Positions 9,221-19,430 of a DNA stretch of 64,000 bases are shown piece after piece. The number at the start of each line of letters is the position of its first letter. Positions within the stretch are counted from its first letter, which is position 1. The stretch covers positions 64,915 to 128,914 of the forward strand of contig JAUXTO010000022.1 of NCBI GenBank assembly GCA_030679255.1, in the 5' to 3' direction. Position numbers and translations under genes: made by a program. This DNA comes from Candidatus Gottesmanbacteria bacterium (GTDB taxonomy: Bacteria; Patescibacteriota; Microgenomatia; UBA10105; UBA927). The notes beneath the pieces were generated by a model that worked only from the letters and a program-made list of their open reading frames with translations, searched no databases and had not been told where the DNA came from.

Positions 9221-11131
9221 TTATAATGTATTCGCGCTACTTCGGTGCTTGAGTCCACCCATCAAGGCTTCAAACTCTTCGCTCTCAAGCGTTTCTTTTT
9301 TCACGAGCTCCGCGGCGATGATATCCAGTTTCTTTTTATTCTTCTTGAGGATTTCTGCAGCTTTCTTATACCCTTCATCGATGAGTTTTTTGACTTCCGT
9401 GTCTATTTTCCCCTGCATATCCTGAGAAATCGTATTTTGCTCCATGTACTGCTTCCCCCACTCCGTCACGTCCATGTGGGGACCAAAGTTGATGGGTCCA
9501 ATCTCGCTCATCCCAAACTCCATCACCATGTATTTAGCTATTCTCGTCGCTTGATCGATGTCGTTGGCTGCCCCACTTGTCATTTCCTTAAATATTAATT
9601 GCTCGGCAGCTCTCCCTCCCATGGTCATGGCGATTTCTTCTATGAGACGCGACTTGGTTTCGTGCAGCCGGTCCGTTTCCGGTGGGGCCATGGTGTACCC
9701 CAAAGCCATACCGCGCGACACGATGCTGATCCGGTGGACGATATCCAAATTGGGACTAAAATACGAAACCACCGCGTGTCCTGCTTCATGATAGGCCGTC
9801 ATTTTGCGGTCAAGATCCGATTGCAGCCGCTTCTTCTCGGGCCCTAACTTCACTTTTGTTGCGGCCTCCTCGATATCCCCATAATCTATGACCTCTTTAT
9901 TATGCCGTGCGGCAAATATCGCCGCTTCGTTGAGCATATTCTCGAGATCCGCGCCGCTAAACCCGACCGTTCGCTTGGACACTTTATCCCAATCCATAGG
10001 CGTCGTAAACGGCTTGCCTTTGGCGTGGATAGCCAGGATATCTTTGCGTCCCGCCATATCAGGAAGGTCGAGGACCACTCGGCGGTCAAACCTTCCGGGC
10101 CGCAGAAGCGCCGGATCCAGGAGATCCCCGCGGTTGGTGGCAGCCACGATGAGAACCGTCGTATTGGGCTCAAACCCATCCATTTCAACCAGAATCTGAT
10201 TGAGCGTTTGTTCCCGTTCATCATGCCCACCCATAAGTCCGACGCTACGCATCCTACCTATCGCATCAATTTCATCGATGAAGATGATGCTGGGTGCATT
10301 TTTCTTAGCTTGAGCGAAAAGGTCGCGCACCCGTGCAGCCCCGATCCCCACAAGCATTTCCATGAACTCGCTCCCGGCTATGCTATAGAAGGCCGTCTTG
10401 GCCTCTCCTGCCATGGCTTTGGCAAGCATTGTTTTTCCCGTCCCGCTGGGCCCCACGAGTATGACCCCTTTGGGAGTGCGTGCGCCCAATGCTTTATATT
10501 TATTCGGATTTTTCAGAAAGTCGACGACTTCCTCAAGCTCCTTTTTCGCCTCGTCCACCCCTGCAACATCGGCGAAGGTCACTTTTGGCAAATCTTTTGC
10601 AAATATCCGGGCCTTACTTTGGCCGAACGAAAAAATATTGTCCTGCGCGCCTCTGGCCTGACGGAAAAGAAAGAGGAAAAAAACCACGGTGAGGACTAGT
10701 GGGAGTACATTGGACACGATCCCCATCCACATAGCCCCGGGCGAGAGGTCCTTTACTTTTATCTCGACGGCCTTGGGGTCTACCCCGGCGCCTTCAAAAA
10801 CTTTGAGTAATGATTCTTGCGGCTCCTTATGGGAGATGAATTTCGTGCCATCTTTGTAGTTGATAGTGAGTCGGCTCTCTTCTATTTCAATTTTATCAAT
10901 TTTCCCTTCTTTTACGTCCGTGATGATGGTTGATAATGGCTTCTCCACGAGGTTACTGACCTTATCCCCCAGACTTCCCAGAAGACTCATAAGGATAAAC
11001 GCGATAAAAAGCCCAATGAAGATATTTTTGACGTTAAACTGAAATCCAAACTCCCACACCTTTTTCCCGTGTTTCCCGTTCCCGTTTCCATTCTTGCCAT
11101 TTTTTTTAACAATAGGATGCTTATCTGCCAT
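9221..11131 (-). CDS. ftsH: ATP-dependent zinc metalloprotease FtsH
   Basis: Two TM segments, [26 protein letters not shown] and HEAGH. Confidence 0.97.
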   Translation of the reverse strand: MADKHPIVKKNGKNGNGNGKHGKKVWEFGFQFNVKNIFIGLFIAFILMSLLGSLGDKVSNLVEKPLSTIITDVKEGKIDKIEIEESRLTINYKDGTKFISHKEPQESLLKVFEGAGVDPKAVEIKVKDLSPGAMWMGIVSNVLPLVLTVVFFLFLFRQARGAQDNIFSFGQSKARIFAKDLPKVTFADVAGVDEAKKELEEVVDFLKNPNKYKALGARTPKGVILVGPSGTGKTMLAKAMAGEAKTAFYSIAGSEFMEMLVGIGAARVRDLFAQAKKNAPSIIFIDEIDAIGRMRSVGLMGGHDEREQTLNQILVEMDGFEPNTTVLIVAATNRGDLLDPALLRPGRFDRRVVLDLPDMAGRKDILAIHAKGKPFTTPMDWDKVSKRTVGFSGADLENMLNEAAIFAARHNKEVIDYGDIEEAATKVKLGPEKKRLQSDLDRKMTAYHEAGHAVVSYFSPNLDIVHRISIVSRGMALGYTMAPPETDRLHETKSRLIEEIAMTMGGRAAEQLIFKEMTSGAANDIDQATRIAKYMVMEFGMSEIGPINFGPHMDVTEWGKQYMEQNTISQDMQGKIDTEVKKLIDEGYKKAAEILKKNKKKLDIIAAELVKKETLESEEFEALMGGLKHRSSANTL

Positions 11132-11171
11132 ATGTTGATATCATTACATTATTAACTCATTCCCACATTCA

Positions 11172-11361
11172 TTGGTCGGATTTGTCGGATTGGTTAAATT
11201 GGCCGGATTATATTATTGTACGATGCACAAGTATACCACGAAGCTAATTCGAATGCATGAGCGATGGCCACTCCTCCCCTACTTTCTCCTACTTCCTCCT
11301 ACATCCTCCTAATCCCTCCTAATCTCTCCGACGCTCCCGTAATTTCCCGTACCTCCCCCTA
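11172..11361. repeat. intergenic degenerate 9-mer (TTGGTCGGA) and 10-mer (CCTCCTAxxx) tandem repeats
   Basis: Visible periodicity; the 9-mer recurs at ~45035-45072. Confidence 0.7.
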
Positions 11362-11385
11362 GTGCTATAATCATCACTATCGACT

Positions 11386-12810
11386 ATGAAAATTTTCTTT
11401 ACCAGTCCCTACGACGGCAAGAAGATCTACCAACCCTATATCGACCGCATTGTCAAAACGATCGAGTCGACTGGTGCCACCGTCATCAGTCCGGAAAAAT
11501 CCCGCCAATACTTTGATTCGTTTCGTGATGAAAATCTCAAAAAACTCGGGGACCATGATCGTGTCCATTATGAATTTGTCCGCCAAGGTATTGCCAATGC
11601 TGACGCCGTGATTATTGAAGCTTCTTTTGAGAATTTCCAGGTCGGTCATGAGGCGACACTTGCTATTATCTACAATAAGCCCGTTCTGTGCTTATCACAA
11701 AAAAAGGATTATGGAGAACTTATTCGCCACGAAGCATTTCAGGGTGAGCGGTACACAGATCGCAATCTCGAATCCCTTGTTCTGACATTCCTCAGAAAAG
11801 TCAGCCAAAAAATTCGATCGAAACGAAATTCCTCTCTCACGACACAGAAAAAATCCCCGGTCAATCTATCGTCTACTCATAAAAACATCGCGGTATTAGG
11901 GTCTATCAATATTGACATGTTTACCAAGGTTCCTTTCATACCAAAAGAAAATGACGTAGTTATTAGCACGGGACTCAAGCTTATCCCGGGAGGGAAAGCA
12001 TCAAACGCAGCGGTTGGACTGCAACGACTAGGAGAACAAGCCTATATGTTGGGGAAAATCGGCAACGATACATTTGGCGAGTCGATCATCTCTCTTTTTA
12101 AAAACGAAGGTATTAATACGGATTTTATTGATACAGACAGCTTTATACCAACGGGCACAGTCATGGTCAATGTAGATGCGCGGGCAAAAAACACCATCAT
12201 CGTCAATGAAGATGCCAATACCCGCGTCAACAAAAAAACTATTACCGATTTCCTCTCTGCTATAGACAAAAAAATCTTTTCCATCGATTGTTTTTATACC
12301 ACGCTGGAACTCATCCCAGAAATTATCTCGTATGCGATTAAAGAATTTCATGCCCGTGGCATCCGTATTTTTTGTGACGCAGCACCCTATATTCGGAATA
12401 TGTCAGAAAGTCTCTATCCTATGATCGACATACTCTCAGCAAATGAATTTGAGGCTACCGGTATGACCGGCATTACTGTTACAAATGAAAAAAGTGCAGG
12501 AGAGTCAGCTAAAAAACTCCGATCGAAAGGCGCCAATACAATCATCATCACGCTTGGACATCTCGGATCTGTCTTACTGGAAAAAGGACAGACTGACCCA
12601 ATCTACTTCCCGGGAATAAAAGTTTCTGCGGTTGATGAAACAGCAGCAGGTGACGCATTCCGCGCAGCATTCGTAGCAGAATTTCTTGCAACGAAGGATC
12701 TCAAGCGCGCGATGGAGCTCGGTAACCGCGCCGGAGCCTACGCCGTGACCCGCCTTGGCTCTTTTGAAGCACTCCCCACCCGTGAAGAACTCGAATTTTT
12801 TCACCATTAA
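11386..12810 (+). CDS. nucleoside 2-deoxyribosyltransferase/N-hydrolase-like domain fused to ribokinase (PfkB)
   Basis: N-terminal ADAVIIEAS..VGHEATLA...KPVLCL. C-terminal VLGSINID, PGGKASNAA and VDETAAGDAF. Confidence 0.85.
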   Translation: MKIFFTSPYDGKKIYQPYIDRIVKTIESTGATVISPEKSRQYFDSFRDENLKKLGDHDRVHYEFVRQGIANADAVIIEASFENFQVGHEATLAIIYNKPVLCLSQKKDYGELIRHEAFQGERYTDRNLESLVLTFLRKVSQKIRSKRNSSLTTQKKSPVNLSSTHKNIAVLGSINIDMFTKVPFIPKENDVVISTGLKLIPGGKASNAAVGLQRLGEQAYMLGKIGNDTFGESIISLFKNEGINTDFIDTDSFIPTGTVMVNVDARAKNTIIVNEDANTRVNKKTITDFLSAIDKKIFSIDCFYTTLELIPEIISYAIKEFHARGIRIFCDAAPYIRNMSESLYPMIDILSANEFEATGMTGITVTNEKSAGESAKKLRSKGANTIIITLGHLGSVLLEKGQTDPIYFPGIKVSAVDETAAGDAFRAAFVAEFLATKDLKRAMELGNRAGAYAVTRLGSFEALPTREELEFFHH

Positions 12811-12820
12811 CACATTACGC

Positions 12821-13837
12821 ATGACACAACATCAATTACTAGCGCCCCTGCGTTCGTTCGGTATTGAAAAATCAGTCGTGACAGAGATAGCAGGACGAGC
12901 GCATCAAACATGGAAAATAGAATCTGCTGATGGCGTCTTTATCCTCAAACAATATGCCAATACAGATCTTGAATCGCTTCAACAATCCATTGAGTTTCAG
13001 AAACGCCTGATTACCCAATACATCCCGATACCCCTTTTCAACATCACTTCATCGGGAAGTCCCATAACCAAATATGAGGAAAAGCTGTATGTTTTGTCCA
13101 GGCATGTCGATCATGTCCCCCTCTCTGCTCCTGCCATTGAGATATCAGTACTCAAGCAGGCGGCCACTACCTTGGGATCGCTCCACAAGCTGGATCGAAG
13201 CATCTATCAGGATCTTTTAAAAGAAATTGATTTTTCAAAAACTACGAAAGCAGTCACCGAATTGATTCCTCAATTTAGCAAAAAATATTCTTTGTTGATC
13301 AGCACCTATCCGAATCAACGTCATAAACTTACACATCTTCGCACGATTATTACCACCACTGAGTCCTTGCGTCATCAACATCATGACCTTCATTTCCCGC
13401 CCCCGTGGGAGTGCATCCACGGCGACTATACACCGGATAATGTCCTCATCGAACGCAGCTCAAATACACTTTTCATTATCGACTGGGACAACGCCAAAAT
13501 TGCACCGCGTGCATTTGAAATCCACAAGGCCATTGGTGCTTTTTGTGGACGAGCGCCACGCAACGCATACCTGGTCCCTATTGATTGGGAAAAAGCGGAC
13601 GTGTTTCTTCGTGCCTATCACGCAGTCAATCCCCTCACAATACAGACGGTGAATGAAATCGTAACCAGCGCGGCCTACGGCAGTTCTACCTACTGGCTTC
13701 GTTTTACCCTCCTGCAAACCCTAGCCGAAGACTTTCGGATGCTCGACCTGCTCCCGGAAAACATTGAGGACTGCGTATTCTGGAAAAATAATCTGGACAC
13801 CTATCGCCGCCTGCTTCTTTCGATTTTATCCGCATAA
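12821..13837 (+). CDS. aminoglycoside/choline kinase-like phosphotransferase
   Basis: CIHGDYTPDNVL and IIDWD. Confidence 0.85.
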   Translation: MTQHQLLAPLRSFGIEKSVVTEIAGRAHQTWKIESADGVFILKQYANTDLESLQQSIEFQKRLITQYIPIPLFNITSSGSPITKYEEKLYVLSRHVDHVPLSAPAIEISVLKQAATTLGSLHKLDRSIYQDLLKEIDFSKTTKAVTELIPQFSKKYSLLISTYPNQRHKLTHLRTIITTTESLRHQHHDLHFPPPWECIHGDYTPDNVLIERSSNTLFIIDWDNAKIAPRAFEIHKAIGAFCGRAPRNAYLVPIDWEKADVFLRAYHAVNPLTIQTVNEIVTSAAYGSSTYWLRFTLLQTLAEDFRMLDLLPENIEDCVFWKNNLDTYRRLLLSILSA

Positions 13838-13887
13838 ATAAGGATTCCCCATCCTCCCCGCCGTCAAAAGCGAAAAGCACTGAAAAG

Positions 13888-14151
13888 TCATCCCAATATC
13901 TCCTTCACCATCCGGTATACATCCCGCCGGTGACGGATGAGAACAATAATTATTGTTTCATTCATTTTTTTATACACAATCCGGTAGTTTCCCGCCCTCA
14001 CACGATACACATGAGGATAGCCGGACAGTTTTTCCTCACCGGAAACCTGCGGATTAGGGAGCAATCGAATTTTTTGGGCAACGGCTAGCTGGTCGAACTT
14101 AGGAAATTTCCGCAGTTCCTTTTCCGCACGGGGAAGGATAGTAATCTTCAT
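13888..14151 (-). CDS. RelE/ParE toxin
   Basis: AEKELRKF..KLSG..YRVRAGNYRIVY..HRRDVY. Confidence 0.9.
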   Translation of the reverse strand: MKITILPRAEKELRKFPKFDQLAVAQKIRLLPNPQVSGEEKLSGYPHVYRVRAGNYRIVYKKMNETIIIVLIRHRRDVYRMVKEILG

Positions 14152-14387
14152 ATCCCAAGACTACGGGCGACCTTCTCAAAATCTTTTCCCTTGGAAAAAT
14201 CAGCCTTGGCTACAGCTGCAGCGTCCAACTTGTCTTCCAAATAAGCCGTAAGGCGCTCAAACAACTGTTTCCCTACGAGATATGCGGTTATTTCATTGCG
14301 ATTTTCCACCGCCACCGGATAGTCCGCAGCCTGCGCAATCACGGCAGATGGATTCATTTTTAATTGGGATATAGTCGCTGTGGTCAT
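14148..14387 (-). CDS. Phd/YefM antitoxin
   Basis: TISQLKMNPSAVI..PVAV; 4-bp overlap with the toxin. Confidence 0.8.
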   Translation of the reverse strand: MTTATISQLKMNPSAVIAQAADYPVAVENRNEITAYLVGKQLFERLTAYLEDKLDAAAVAKADFSKGKDFEKVARSLGI

Positions 14388-14445
14388 ACAATGATTATGA
14401 CCTATAAACAGGTCTTCTGTCAAGACCTTTTAAGAGGACACGGTA

Positions 14446-14718
14446 TTATCGATACAACTGGCTATGGGTGCCAAATAATTTGAATTCTATGATGATCTCT
14501 CCGGTTGCAGAGTGACTCTCCGCATAAAGCGCTCGCCAATCGCCAGTCACGTTAATACTCCGGTATCCTTTGTACGAGCCTGCCAGTGCGTGATTATGAA
14601 GGAAGGGATGAAATGGATCAGTTTGAAAAAGCTGAGATCGCTCTGCAAAGGCCAAACGTATATGCTTATTCGCCTTGCGGTATTGCTTGCGGAATACTTT
14701 ATCGTGCCGGATGTCCAT
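14446..14718 (-). CDS. YafQ-like toxin
   Basis: LHNHALAG..YRSINVTGDWRALY..GTHSQLY. Confidence 0.9.
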   Translation of the reverse strand: MDIRHDKVFRKQYRKANKHIRLAFAERSQLFQTDPFHPFLHNHALAGSYKGYRSINVTGDWRALYAESHSATGEIIIEFKLFGTHSQLYR

Positions 14719-15013
14719 TCTGATATCGAGCCTTCGGGTCGTCAAGCCAGGCAATCGAGTCTTTCACGTTGCTAAACGAAGGAGAAACGAATCCCGCCTT
14801 GGTATCCTTTTCAGCTTGTTTCAACATCCGTTTTGTCCAGGGCGTAGGTTCTAGTCGTACATCATCAGAAAACTCCACGGTGCGCGTCCGGACCAGGTTG
14901 CGAAGGTACGCATTGAGGACAGAGCTTAACGAAAACCCCAAACGCTCCACCACCGCTTGCGCGTTCTTTTTTATTTTCGGATCGACTTTGAAATTGACAA
15001 CTGCAGTATTCAT
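14699..15013 (-). CDS. RelB/DinJ antitoxin
   Basis: VVNFKVDPKIKKNAQ..LGFSLSSVLNAYL. Confidence 0.85.
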   Translation of the reverse strand: MNTAVVNFKVDPKIKKNAQAVVERLGFSLSSVLNAYLRNLVRTRTVEFSDDVRLEPTPWTKRMLKQAEKDTKAGFVSPSFSNVKDSIAWLDDPKARYQNGHPAR

Positions 15014-15014
15014 A

Positions 15015-15138
15015 CCAGGTAGTAGAATTTCGCTGTTCCTGTACGGAACGGAAGTCTACTCTCCAACGTGGTTATCCACTCATTCACCAGGTAATGTTTT
15101 CAATGTGTCTTCACATTGAGCGAAATTTCACTACCTGG
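15015..15138. mobile_element. 124-bp MITE-like multibranch element in the relB leader
   Basis: 20-bp terminal inverted repeats matching at 18/20 (CCAGGTAGT..AATTTCGCT) enclose several small hairpins. Confidence 0.55.
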
Positions 15139-15196
15139 CATATATACGAAGTATATACTTTATATATATCCTGTCAAGCCAAATCATACTATAGGA

Positions 15197-15229
15197 TTGA
15201 CTTTAACTCTCTCTCTCTCTCTGTAAAAT
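15197..15229 (+). promoter_or_regulatory. sigma70 promoter with (CT)8 spacer, 21 bp
   Basis: TTGACT-21-TAAAAT; near-copy of 27330-27358. Confidence 0.7.
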
Positions 15230-15430
15230 CCCTCCTACAGGTCGCACAAACCCCGCTCTACGCTGCGGTATGTTTGTTGATCTGGGCACCTTTACAGTTT
15301 GAGAAAAGCGGAACGTGACTATTCTCCTTTTCCCCCATTGGATAGCAACATGCGCATACACCATCTTGTGCCTATGTTTCTATCCAATGGAGATAGGAAA
15401 ATTGAAATAAATTATTCAAGGAGAATAATC

Positions 15431-15793
15431 ATGAACAGCAACACAGAAAGATTCAAGAACCTTTTTACAAAGAAAAACTTTTCAAAATTGATCCACGCGT
15501 TGTCTACGCTCCTGTTCGTCGGGTACGCCCTAGTGGTGTTCGCTCAAAAACCTCTAGCAACCCTAACACAAGGAGAATTCGCGCTGATGCTTTTCGGGCT
15601 TTTATTGCTCGGCATTTTGGAGACGAGTCATTTTATCGTCTTCATAAAAAACTTCAGACGCCAATATCTTTACACCGTTCTCAACTGTATGGGCGTAATC
15701 ATGTTGATACTTGCCATCAGTCCTGGCGACTACTTTGTCACTCTCCTGATGGTTTTGGGGTTTACGTTTTTAATAGCTTTCGGGCTAATATAA
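15431..15793 (+). CDS. small multi-TM membrane ORFan
   Basis: AAGGAG RBS; about four hydrophobic segments. Confidence 0.6.
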   Translation: MNSNTERFKNLFTKKNFSKLIHALSTLLFVGYALVVFAQKPLATLTQGEFALMLFGLLLLGILETSHFIVFIKNFRRQYLYTVLNCMGVIMLILAISPGDYFVTLLMVLGFTFLIAFGLI

Positions 15794-15805
15794 CCCCACT
15801 TTTCT

Positions 15806-15883
15806 CAAGCACCACCCTCCCCGTACACCGGACATTTGCCAATGGTGGCAGCAACAATGGTGTACGGGAGAGGGATTTTTTTT
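15806..15883 (+). terminator. conserved GCCA-N4-TGGC hairpin/terminator motif, copy 1
   Basis: Long stem CCCTCCCCGTACACC/GGTGTACGGGAGAGGG, inner GCCA-ATGG-TGGC, T8 tail. Confidence 0.75.
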
Positions 15884-15891
15884 GATAAAAA

Positions 15892-16311
15892 TTACGGCAG
15901 TTTCAAAAAATCCTGCGGGGTGAGGATGGTAACTCTTTCGATGCTACCGCGAAGCGCCAATAAATCTTTATCCGCGCTCACGAGATACACGGGTTCACTC
16001 CCCGCTACGGCAAGCGCGATTCCGAGGATTTCATTATCATCAGGATCCCGACACAGAATCGTTGACTGGGGCACTATCACATTACCGGATGCAACAATCA
16101 TCTCTATAAACGTTGCTGCCGTTTCGCGGGTTATATCATACTTCCTCAATCGTGTGTAGGTAAATACGCGTGCAAGCTCAGTAAGGAGGCCATGGCTATA
16201 CCATAGAGCAATTTTTCCATCCATTGCGAGGTCAAAGACGCGCCAGTCACTCCCGCCTGGTCGAAGAAGTGCACGAACGAGCACATTAGTGTCAACGATG
16301 ACGTTTGGCAT
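15892..16311 (-). CDS. PIN-domain toxin
   Basis: VIVDTNVLV, CRDPDDNEIL and LVSADKDLL. Confidence 0.9.
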   Translation of the reverse strand: MPNVIVDTNVLVRALLRPGGSDWRVFDLAMDGKIALWYSHGLLTELARVFTYTRLRKYDITRETAATFIEMIVASGNVIVPQSTILCRDPDDNEILGIALAVAGSEPVYLVSADKDLLALRGSIERVTILTPQDFLKLP

Positions 16312-16585
16312 ACCGTTTTGCCCGTTCGATATCCGCGTTTAATTCTTCATCGGAAACATCGGCATTTTTTATACGCATAGCGTCCCATATCTCCTCCATT
16401 TTCTTTTTAAGCAATTGTTTTTTGAGCATTGTAAGCTCCTGATATTCACTATATGCCATCATAACCGCCTCCGGCACGCTATCCCGCACCACCACGAGCG
16501 GTTCATCGGAACTGCGCAGTTTAGCAAGCACCTGCGTAAACTTTCGCTGCACATCGGTAGAACTGATTATGTTCGTACTCATCAT
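16292..16585 (-). CDS. Phd/YefM antitoxin
   Basis: ISSTDVQRKF..EPLVV..PEAVMM. Confidence 0.85.
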   Translation of the reverse strand: MMSTNIISSTDVQRKFTQVLAKLRSSDEPLVVVRDSVPEAVMMAYSEYQELTMLKKQLLKKKMEEIWDAMRIKNADVSDEELNADIERAKRYAKRHR

Positions 16586-16626
16586 ATGACCATCATACTA
16601 CCGTACATACTGCAGTCTGTCAATAT

Positions 16627-18654
16627 TTATCGTATCTTCGCTCCCACGGGGAGACCTTCGGCAGAAACAAACAGGGGCTTTGCCGTTTTCAAAGCCTGGC
16701 TTTGATCTTCTGGAAAGCCTGGCTTTGAGTCGACCGCCAATATCATCCCCTGGCTCTCCTCATCCATCATTTTTCGCGGCGCAAGATTGGTGATAAAGAA
16801 AAATTGCTTATTGAGGAAGTCTTCGGGTGTATACCCAAACCCCCGCACGCCGGTAAAAATAATGCGAAGTTCTTTTTCATCCCCCTTACCTCCCTTATCT
16901 CCCCCATCTCCCTGATCTCCCTTATTCTTCAACCCAAAATCCACCACGAGCCGTATGAGTTTCTCACTCCCCTCTTTGTTGGTCGCCTCAACGACTTTCC
17001 CCACCCTTAGCTCCACCCTGCCAAATTCTTCAATGGTTATGACGCCATCATTTTCTCCGTTGCCTAATTGTTTTGCAGTCTTTATTGGTAGTATTGGTAG
17101 TATTTGTTTATTGGTAGTATTGGTAGTATTTGAATATTGATTGATAAGTCCCACCGCCTCCCGTACTTCCCGCATTGTCTCCCCTGCAACTATCCTCGCT
17201 TTTGCCGCCCCGTCCTCTAGTATTTTCTTGACGGCCGCAGGATTTGCTGCCAATTCCTTATACGCTTTTCTCGCATTTGCAAAGTATTTAAGTAATGATT
17301 CATACAGGTAATTTTTTACCTCAACATCTGCTATCTGACCCTTTCTATAAGCTTCTTTCAGTTCGTTGTTTTTTGTTTTTTGTCCAAAATAATCTAGGTA
17401 GGTAAAGACCATGTTGCCCTCCGTGTGTCCGGGGTCCGTTGCATGAATTCTGGTCGGATCCGTGTACGTACTCATCACCTGCTTTCGTATTTTTTCCTCA
17501 TCGTCAAAGATGCTGATGATATTTCCCAAGCTCTTGCTCATCTTCCGTTTCCCATCTGTTCCCAACACCGCCCCCACCTCCTCCGGTATATACGCCTCCG
17601 GCAGTTTGAATACTGCGGTCTTGCGCGTCCCAAGCAAAGTCGAGGGATAAATCTTATTGAAGCGTTCTGCGATATCGCGTGTAATCTCCACGTGCTGTTT
17701 CTGGTCTTTCCCCACCGGCACGAGGTCCGGTTTATAAAGAAGGATATCCGCAGCCATAAGGACGGGATAATTAAATAAACCGAGATTAATATCCTCTTCC
17801 AGGATATTTCTTTCGAGCTTATCCTTATATGCATGGGCGCGCTTGATGAGGCCCAAAGGTGTCACATTATTGAGTATTGTTTGGAGGTCAGGATGAAGCC
17901 CAATATCTGATTGACGATAAAATATCAGGTTGCCAAACTCCTTTTCGGAAAGAAATCCCTTAAGGAGCGCGAGCTCATTGAGGATGAGCGTTTCAGAGTT
18001 GTGTTGGAGTTGAGTCCTATCCTGTATCGTGGTTAACGCGTGTAAATCTGCCACAAACAAAAAGCACTCGTTCGTTTTTGCAAGCTCAATAAACTGCTTG
18101 ACTGCACCTAAATAGTTCCCAATATGCAGACTCCCATCTCCACTTGGCGTGATACCCGACACTAGTCGTTTCCCTTGTACTACACGTTTCAACTCGTTGA
18201 ATGCAAAATCTCCAACCATCCCCCCGTTGACCTTCGGCATGTCAAGAGCATTCATCACCATGCCAAGCGTTCTCATGCCGCCGATGCCATATGCTTTCCC
18301 AATCGTCAATACTTTTGCATCGATAAAATACGGAATAGCAAGTCCCAAGTACGGCACAAGTCCGGCTTCTGTTCCCAAAGTTTTCAGCTCTGCTTTGGAA
18401 GCAAATGCAAGCGTCTTGACCACTGCGAGTTTTTTGAATTTTTCCTGATCTATCTGGGTATCGGCGCACTTGACTGCGGCGACTATCCCCTTCTCTGTTT
18501 TGTAGAGTATCGTTACCATCGCCTGTGCAAGGGAAATGTGATGAAACGCGGCGTGTGACGGCACGTCAAACGGCAAATCCTCCGGCAAGGGGATAAATTT
18601 GTAATCCACCTTATTCTCATTTAGTATTTTTTCGATGGTATCTTTTAGATTCAT
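16627..18654 (-). CDS. trpS: tryptophanyl-tRNA synthetase fused to an N-terminal YbaK-like domain and a C-terminal tRNA-binding OB fold
   Basis: SGITPSG..HIGNYLG, YPVLMAADIL, VPVGKDQKQH and KMSKS. C-terminal ELRVGKV..KLIRLVVDFG..NLAPRKM..ESQGMIL. Confidence 0.93.
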   Translation of the reverse strand: MNLKDTIEKILNENKVDYKFIPLPEDLPFDVPSHAAFHHISLAQAMVTILYKTEKGIVAAVKCADTQIDQEKFKKLAVVKTLAFASKAELKTLGTEAGLVPYLGLAIPYFIDAKVLTIGKAYGIGGMRTLGMVMNALDMPKVNGGMVGDFAFNELKRVVQGKRLVSGITPSGDGSLHIGNYLGAVKQFIELAKTNECFLFVADLHALTTIQDRTQLQHNSETLILNELALLKGFLSEKEFGNLIFYRQSDIGLHPDLQTILNNVTPLGLIKRAHAYKDKLERNILEEDINLGLFNYPVLMAADILLYKPDLVPVGKDQKQHVEITRDIAERFNKIYPSTLLGTRKTAVFKLPEAYIPEEVGAVLGTDGKRKMSKSLGNIISIFDDEEKIRKQVMSTYTDPTRIHATDPGHTEGNMVFTYLDYFGQKTKNNELKEAYRKGQIADVEVKNYLYESLLKYFANARKAYKELAANPAAVKKILEDGAAKARIVAGETMREVREAVGLINQYSNTTNTTNKQILPILPIKTAKQLGNGENDGVITIEEFGRVELRVGKVVEATNKEGSEKLIRLVVDFGLKNKGDQGDGGDKGGKGDEKELRIIFTGVRGFGYTPEDFLNKQFFFITNLAPRKMMDEESQGMILAVDSKPGFPEDQSQALKTAKPLFVSAEGLPVGAKIR

Positions 18655-18713
18655 AGTAGTTTACCCGCCGCTCAAGCACTCTTTGAACCGTCTACGAACA
18701 GTAGTATAAAGGT

Positions 18714-19430
18714 TCAAAGGTAGCTTAGGCGGGCCTCCTTTGTATAATACTGTTTTAATATGGTGTTTGCGAGAATGGAAAGTGAATTATAAACCGGCAG
18801 GTCATAATTCGTTGGAAAAACCAGTGGAAGCTCCGTGCATCCTAATACAATCCCATCAACCTTCTCTTTTTCTCGATAGCCAGTCACCAACGTTACGAGT
18901 TTTCTCATGAGCATTCCACGATCTTCTCCGGATAAAACTCCCCGTATAATATACTCGAGCTCCCGGTAATCCCGCTCCTGTGGGACGATATACGGCAAAT
19001 CATGACGCGCCAAAGCAAGTTGGTAAAGTCCTAGCCGCAATGACGTTGGCGATGCGAGTAGTAATACCCGTGGAGCATTCCGAGACACTTCTTTGACCAC
19101 CGCATCAACAATCGAAACAAATGGCACGTCGGTTTGCAGTTGCAGTCGGTCCGCGAGAACACACGCGGTATTACATGCCATTGTGATCGTCGTTGCGCCA
19201 TAAACGGTTAATCGCCGCACGCGGCTTTCTAACATCTGAGCGGCTTCTTCCATTCTTTCCATATCACCAATAAAATAGGGCACCGGCACTGAGTCAATGA
19301 TGATTTCCGGATACTCATCATTATTTTTCGCGCCATAGATATGCCGCGCTTGATCGATGAGGATACGATAAAACTCCGCACTCGCCTGCGGCCCCATGCC
19401 ACCGATCACGCCGATAATGTTGTTATTCAT
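18714..19430 (-). CDS. aspartate/glutamate racemase family
   Basis: IGVIGGMGPQA, MACNTA and VLGCTELP (both catalytic Cys). Confidence 0.92.
   Translation of the reverse strand: MNNNIIGVIGGMGPQASAEFYRILIDQARHIYGAKNNDEYPEIIIDSVPVPYFIGDMERMEEAAQMLESRVRRLTVYGATTITMACNTACVLADRLQLQTDVPFVSIVDAVVKEVSRNAPRVLLLASPTSLRLGLYQLALARHDLPYIVPQERDYRELEYIIRGVLSGEDRGMLMRKLVTLVTGYREKEKVDGIVLGCTELPLVFPTNYDLPVYNSLSILANTILKQYYTKEARLSYL

Noticed and set aside
9902-10699. Long antisense ORFs (also 1012-1656, 38660-39469, 43028-43885, 51595-52239)
   Set aside because: Shadows of longer genes on the opposite strand, with no motifs of their own.
11272-11361. Periodic repeats as a CRISPR array
   Set aside because: Units are ~10 nt and contiguous, with no spacers and no cas genes in the window.
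15240-15310. CTGGGCACCTT as a c-di-GMP-II riboswitch
   Set aside because: The other conserved segments are missing; the boxA-like reading shared with 35378-35393 fits better.
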